A program made the position numbers and the translations under genes. Below, in pieces: positions 60,293-64,000 of a DNA stretch of 64,000 nt (position 1 is the stretch's first letter; the number at the start of each line of letters is the position of its first letter). The stretch spans positions 6,203,424-6,267,423 of the forward strand of contig OZ242315.1 of NCBI GenBank assembly GCA_965207975.1, in the 5' to 3' direction. This DNA comes from Candidatus Poribacteria bacterium. Its GTDB lineage: Bacteria > Poribacteria > WGA-4E > PCPOR2b. A model generated the notes under the pieces. That model made no database searches. It was not told where the DNA came from and saw only the letters and a program-made list of their open reading frames with translations.

Positions 60293-61753
60293 TTAATGCC
60301 CTCCTGCTGCGTCTGCGTTTTCAAGGTGTTTTGCAGTGCCGTTCCCTTGTGATAGGGGTGTATTGTCTTGTGTGTCTGAGACTAGCCTGCCGTTAAGGAT
60401 CTGGTCAAATTCGGTGCGTGCAACATGATAGCTGTAGAGTTCTTGGATGTAACTTCGACCGGCATCAATCTGTTGTTTTTTTGCCAGCAACAGCCGTGGC
60501 GTACCCACCTGCATTGCGTTGTACTGTAACTGTACCTGGTCGAGAATTTTTTCTTGGAGTGGAAGTATCTCGTTTTGATAAGAGAGTGCGGTCTGTCGAG
60601 CAGTTAGTAAACGACGATGCGCCGCGCGAACCGCCGAACGAATCTCAACCGCTAGCGCGTAGTATTCCTCCTGTCGGCGGCGCAGCTCTGCGGCTGCCGC
60701 TGCTCGCTGCCCCTGTTTTCGATCAAACAGTGGAATCTCAAATCCAAATGCGGGCCCCGCCGACCATACTCCAGCTTCCTGTTCAAGCTCTCCAACAATG
60801 TCTAGATGTGGCACTAGCGACATCGCTTTTGCCACACCAAGTTGTTTTCCTGTAGACACAATCTCTCCTTGGGCGATGGCGAGGTCTATACTGTTTTCGA
60901 TAGCAATCTTCTCAATATTATCAAGTTGCGGGGGTTCTGCTGGGATCTCCGGCAGTCGAGCCTCAACCGTCCACGCTGTATCCTGCCCCCACACTCCCAT
61001 CAACCGGTTAAGCCGTTCGCTGCTTTCAGCAAGTGTTGCCTCCGCAGCAGTAAGTGCTAGCTTCGACTGTTCATAAAGGGTGCGCTGAAGCAGCAGATCT
61101 AGCTCCGGGATATTCCCGACTTCGTAGAGTTCGCTAGCAAATTTGTATCCCGCTTCGGTTGCGGCGACAACCTGCTGGTACATTTCCAGCATCTGCTGTT
61201 CGGACTGAACGCGATAAAATGTCCTGCGTGTTTGTCCTGCTAGATCTATCACAGCGGCCGTCACGCGGAGTTGTGTTGTCTCGAACTCCGATTTTGCAGC
61301 TGACTTTCGCATTGACCCAAACAGCAGCGAAAGAAAGTCCATCTCAATCTCATAGACATAGTGGTCGTGAGCGGCGTGTGCTGCTCCAGGATCCTGGGGG
61401 AGCCCAAACGTCCCACCCCCATGAAAAGTGGGGTTTGAAGGAGTCCCCGCTTCAACGACAGCGGCGTAGGCAATACCTAGATCCTCGTAGGTTGCTTGTA
61501 GACGACGATTATTCAGCAGCGCAATTTGTACGGCGTTATCAGCCACTAGCGGTTGGCTCAGCAGATTTTTAGTCATTTGTGCTGCTGCATCAACCGAATC
61601 GGTGTTTGCATTCCAGTGGACAGGGTAACCAATCCGTTCATCTACCTGCTGCTGGACTTCACTGAAAGCCATCTCCTTTGATACACTGGCGCAGCCTGCT
61701 AGGATAGATAACGCCGCGAAAAGTAACGCGGCGTATCTCATTTTCTTGTTCAT
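60293..61753 (-). CDS. TolC-family outer membrane lipoprotein
   Basis: LAGC lipobox, AVQIALLNN, IPLFD, helical repeats. Confidence 0.88.
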   Translation of the reverse strand: MNKKMRYAALLFAALSILAGCASVSKEMAFSEVQQQVDERIGYPVHWNANTDSVDAAAQMTKNLLSQPLVADNAVQIALLNNRRLQATYEDLGIAYAAVVEAGTPSNPTFHGGGTFGLPQDPGAAHAAHDHYVYEIEMDFLSLLFGSMRKSAAKSEFETTQLRVTAAVIDLAGQTRRTFYRVQSEQQMLEMYQQVVAATEAGYKFASELYEVGNIPELDLLLQRTLYEQSKLALTAAEATLAESSERLNRLMGVWGQDTAWTVEARLPEIPAEPPQLDNIEKIAIENSIDLAIAQGEIVSTGKQLGVAKAMSLVPHLDIVGELEQEAGVWSAGPAFGFEIPLFDRKQGQRAAAAAELRRRQEEYYALAVEIRSAVRAAHRRLLTARQTALSYQNEILPLQEKILDQVQLQYNAMQVGTPRLLLAKKQQIDAGRSYIQELYSYHVARTEFDQILNGRLVSDTQDNTPLSQGNGTAKHLENADAAGGH

Positions 61754-61775
61754 TTGTCAAACTCCTTCATCTGTG

Positions 61776-62537
61776 TTAATGGCTATGCTTGTGCGATTCC
61801 ATCTCTTTGGTATCAGACATATCTGCACTTGAGACGGACATCTGTTCTTTCGCGGTGTGACACTTGAGCATCGCACTCCCGAAATAGGGGTTACGCACGG
61901 ACGCGTCGGTTTGCATCCAAATCCCTGCTTTAGGGACATCGGGTGCCATCCCACACACATAGCTGTAGAGGGGTTTTCCATAATTTGCAGGCACCCCCAC
62001 AGCCGCGATAAAATGCTTGAAGCTATCGCTCAGTGAGCCGTAGGCGATTCGGGCAGCTTTGATGTCCGAGAGATTGCCAAGCTTATGCGTGGTGTCGTGA
62101 ATCATCTGTGTGTGGGCTTCGTGAGCGTTCCACAGATCGTCAGGAACTCCGTCTTCGACGGTATGAAAGGCTTCAATCATTGCCTGTGCCTTTGCATTGA
62201 CATCGTCCATCGTATCGGTAGCGAGTTGGTCCCCGATAGCAAGGTAAGCATCAAGCATCGCCTCCAATGCTTCTGTGCCATCAGGAGAGAGCTCTATGCC
62301 GCTATGACCTGCATCCCCTTCGTGCATCTCTGCCATCGGCATATCCCCTTTGTGCATCTTTTCCATAGCCATATTGTGATGGTCGGTAGATGCTCCCTGT
62401 TGGGCGTTGGGATCTGCCGGGTGATCTTGTGAGGTGGTGAGATCAACGGTTTTGCTAGCGCAGCCGATAGCTATCAGTGATAGTAGAGTGGTGATAAGTA
62501 TAGGTAGAATTTGTTGCTTGAAAACTCTGGATAACAT
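61776..62537 (-). CDS. His/Met-rich lipoprotein, DUF3347-like
   Basis: AIGC lipobox; YLAIGDQLA, CGMA..W....RNPYFGSAMLKC. Confidence 0.78.
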   Translation of the reverse strand: MLSRVFKQQILPILITTLLSLIAIGCASKTVDLTTSQDHPADPNAQQGASTDHHNMAMEKMHKGDMPMAEMHEGDAGHSGIELSPDGTEALEAMLDAYLAIGDQLATDTMDDVNAKAQAMIEAFHTVEDGVPDDLWNAHEAHTQMIHDTTHKLGNLSDIKAARIAYGSLSDSFKHFIAAVGVPANYGKPLYSYVCGMAPDVPKAGIWMQTDASVRNPYFGSAMLKCHTAKEQMSVSSADMSDTKEMESHKHSH

Positions 62538-62660
62538 GAGAATAACCTCCGTTTTGAATGAAAAATAATCAGAGCTAGACCGGTGGCATAGTGAAATGGG
62601 TGTGCAGACCAACCGATCAATCGGGACATTTCAGATTTGGGAAAAGCCTGTATGGAAAAA

Positions 62661-63125
62661 TTAGGAGAGAAAAAACGGAGGTGCTCGAGGAGAAAGCTGC
62701 GGGATGGGAGTATCGGTATAGGGTTTATGAGTAGGTTGAAGATAGGTGGTGAAAGAGACAGGATCAGGAGAAATGCTAGGTGTTGTCGGGATTAAGACAA
62801 CAGACAAAAATGTGTCTTTTTGTATTTGTAAGGCAAGTTGGGGTTCGCTTGTCCCAAGCGATTCCCACTGGTTGAAGCAACAATATCCCGCTTCCTCCTC
62901 TTGACGTTCATGGGGAAGGGCTGGTTGATTTTCAGACTCACAGCAAGCGGATTGATTCGTTTCATCAACGGTTTGTGAATCAATCCGATGCTGATGATGG
63001 CTTGAAACCTCATCGGAGGCGGCGTTTTTACCTGTTTCTTGGATTGCTGCACATTGTACTGGGCAGATGAAGTAAACCGAAGCTAGTGAGAGTAAGAAAA
63101 GCGCGCAAAGGTTTTTGAATTTCAT
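62661..63125 (-). CDS. Small Cys/His-rich exported protein with terminal RAPP motif
   Basis: Signal peptide, CPVQC, CC x2, SPRAPP; first gene of the copper cluster. Confidence 0.6.
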   Translation of the reverse strand: MKFKNLCALFLLSLASVYFICPVQCAAIQETGKNAASDEVSSHHQHRIDSQTVDETNQSACCESENQPALPHERQEEEAGYCCFNQWESLGTSEPQLALQIQKDTFLSVVLIPTTPSISPDPVSFTTYLQPTHKPYTDTPIPQLSPRAPPFFLS

Positions 63126-63212
63126 TAAATTGTTACCTCCCATGCCGTTATATACCGATGCAATGGGAAAAATTATTTTTTGTTCGCAGGACCTTCGGAA
63201 GGTTGGGGGCGA

Positions 63213-63800
63213 CTATATATATTCTTCCTCATCATCTTCTGCGGGGTAGATGTTGACCTCCGATAAAGAGATGGATTCGCCGACATAGAAAGTCAACCAA
63301 TTCCCGACTAGCTCGACAGACATCATCTCATCATCTTCGCTGGTGTATTCGTGCAATTCTGCCTCGAATGTTTCCATCTCTAGGAGATTTACAACGGTCA
63401 TTTCCGCCGGAACGATCTCCTGACGCACGTATTCAACGGAGATGTCTGCATCTTCGTCGTCCGGGTCGGGGTAATGGAGCGTGATTACATCGGGAAGATC
63501 TTCAGCCAGCTCCTCTTCGCCGTCAATAATCCAGCGGGAGATCTCATATTCGTTTGTGCCGCCGATCCGATCTACCCCTAAAACCACGACTTCATCTTCG
63601 TCTTCAAGACGGTACATATAGCGCAGTAAGCTGCTGCCTTCATACTTTTTCCGCTCTATCAACTCAAACGTGCGGGAAGCTGCGTCGCTGATTTCAAACG
63701 TGATCGAATCAGAAAGTTCAATCATGCTTCCAAGTGGAATATCCAACAATTCGTGCCGCTTCGGTTTTTCATCTCTTGATTTGCGGCGAAATAGTCCCAT
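63213..63800 (-). CDS. Hypothetical acidic protein (possibly DUF4178-like)
   Basis: 195-aa ORF with GAGG RBS; family is a guess. Confidence 0.6.
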   Translation of the reverse strand: MGLFRRKSRDEKPKRHELLDIPLGSMIELSDSITFEISDAASRTFELIERKKYEGSSLLRYMYRLEDEDEVVVLGVDRIGGTNEYEISRWIIDGEEELAEDLPDVITLHYPDPDDEDADISVEYVRQEIVPAEMTVVNLLEMETFEAELHEYTSEDDEMMSVELVGNWLTFYVGESISLSEVNIYPAEDDEEEYI

Positions 63801-64000
63801 TGCGTTAACCTCTACTTAGTAACGATTAATTGGAGGATTTAGTTTATGCGCTGTAGTACATTAATTCATGACCAGTCAGGATACACCAGCAACCATCCGC
63901 AAATTCCCATCTAAAAGTAACCTTTGTTATACATTATCAAAACGACAACCCCAATAATCAGGAGGCTGCCAAAAACAAGAACAAACCATGTGCCTCCAGA

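Overview
64-kb bacterial chromosomal segment, probably Candidatus Poribacteria (inferred from a cohesin-dockerin-FlgD-type gene with the YPNPFNPETWIPY motif and many Gfo/Idh/MocA, PhyH, SDR and enolase-superfamily genes). Mostly catabolic and redox genes, plus bioB, mqnD, ychF, tRNA-Asn, an nfeD-nfeD-floA-floA membrane operon and a copper cluster. Accessory content: (1) an AT-rich candidate defence island at ~41.0-47.8 kb encoding a GHKL/MORC-like ATPase fused to a PD-(D/E)XK nuclease, a beta-class DNA methyltransferase with a C-terminal His/Cys metal-binding module, and a convergent DUF6602-like gene; the first two are cleanly split by an IS5 and an IS3 and rejoin in frame when the IS is removed; (2) a tnpA-less IS605-family element with IS608-type ends and a TnpB with a rearranged RuvC site; (3) an IS630 plus MITEs sharing its terminus; (4) an Rpn gene whose long form has an amber stop but which keeps a perfect internal RBS/ATG; (5) a nested hierarchy of intergenic repeats, including a CCCGA-N4-TCGGG micro-palindrome that appears inserted into other repeats and into itself. 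All calls come from reading the sequence; no database searches were run.
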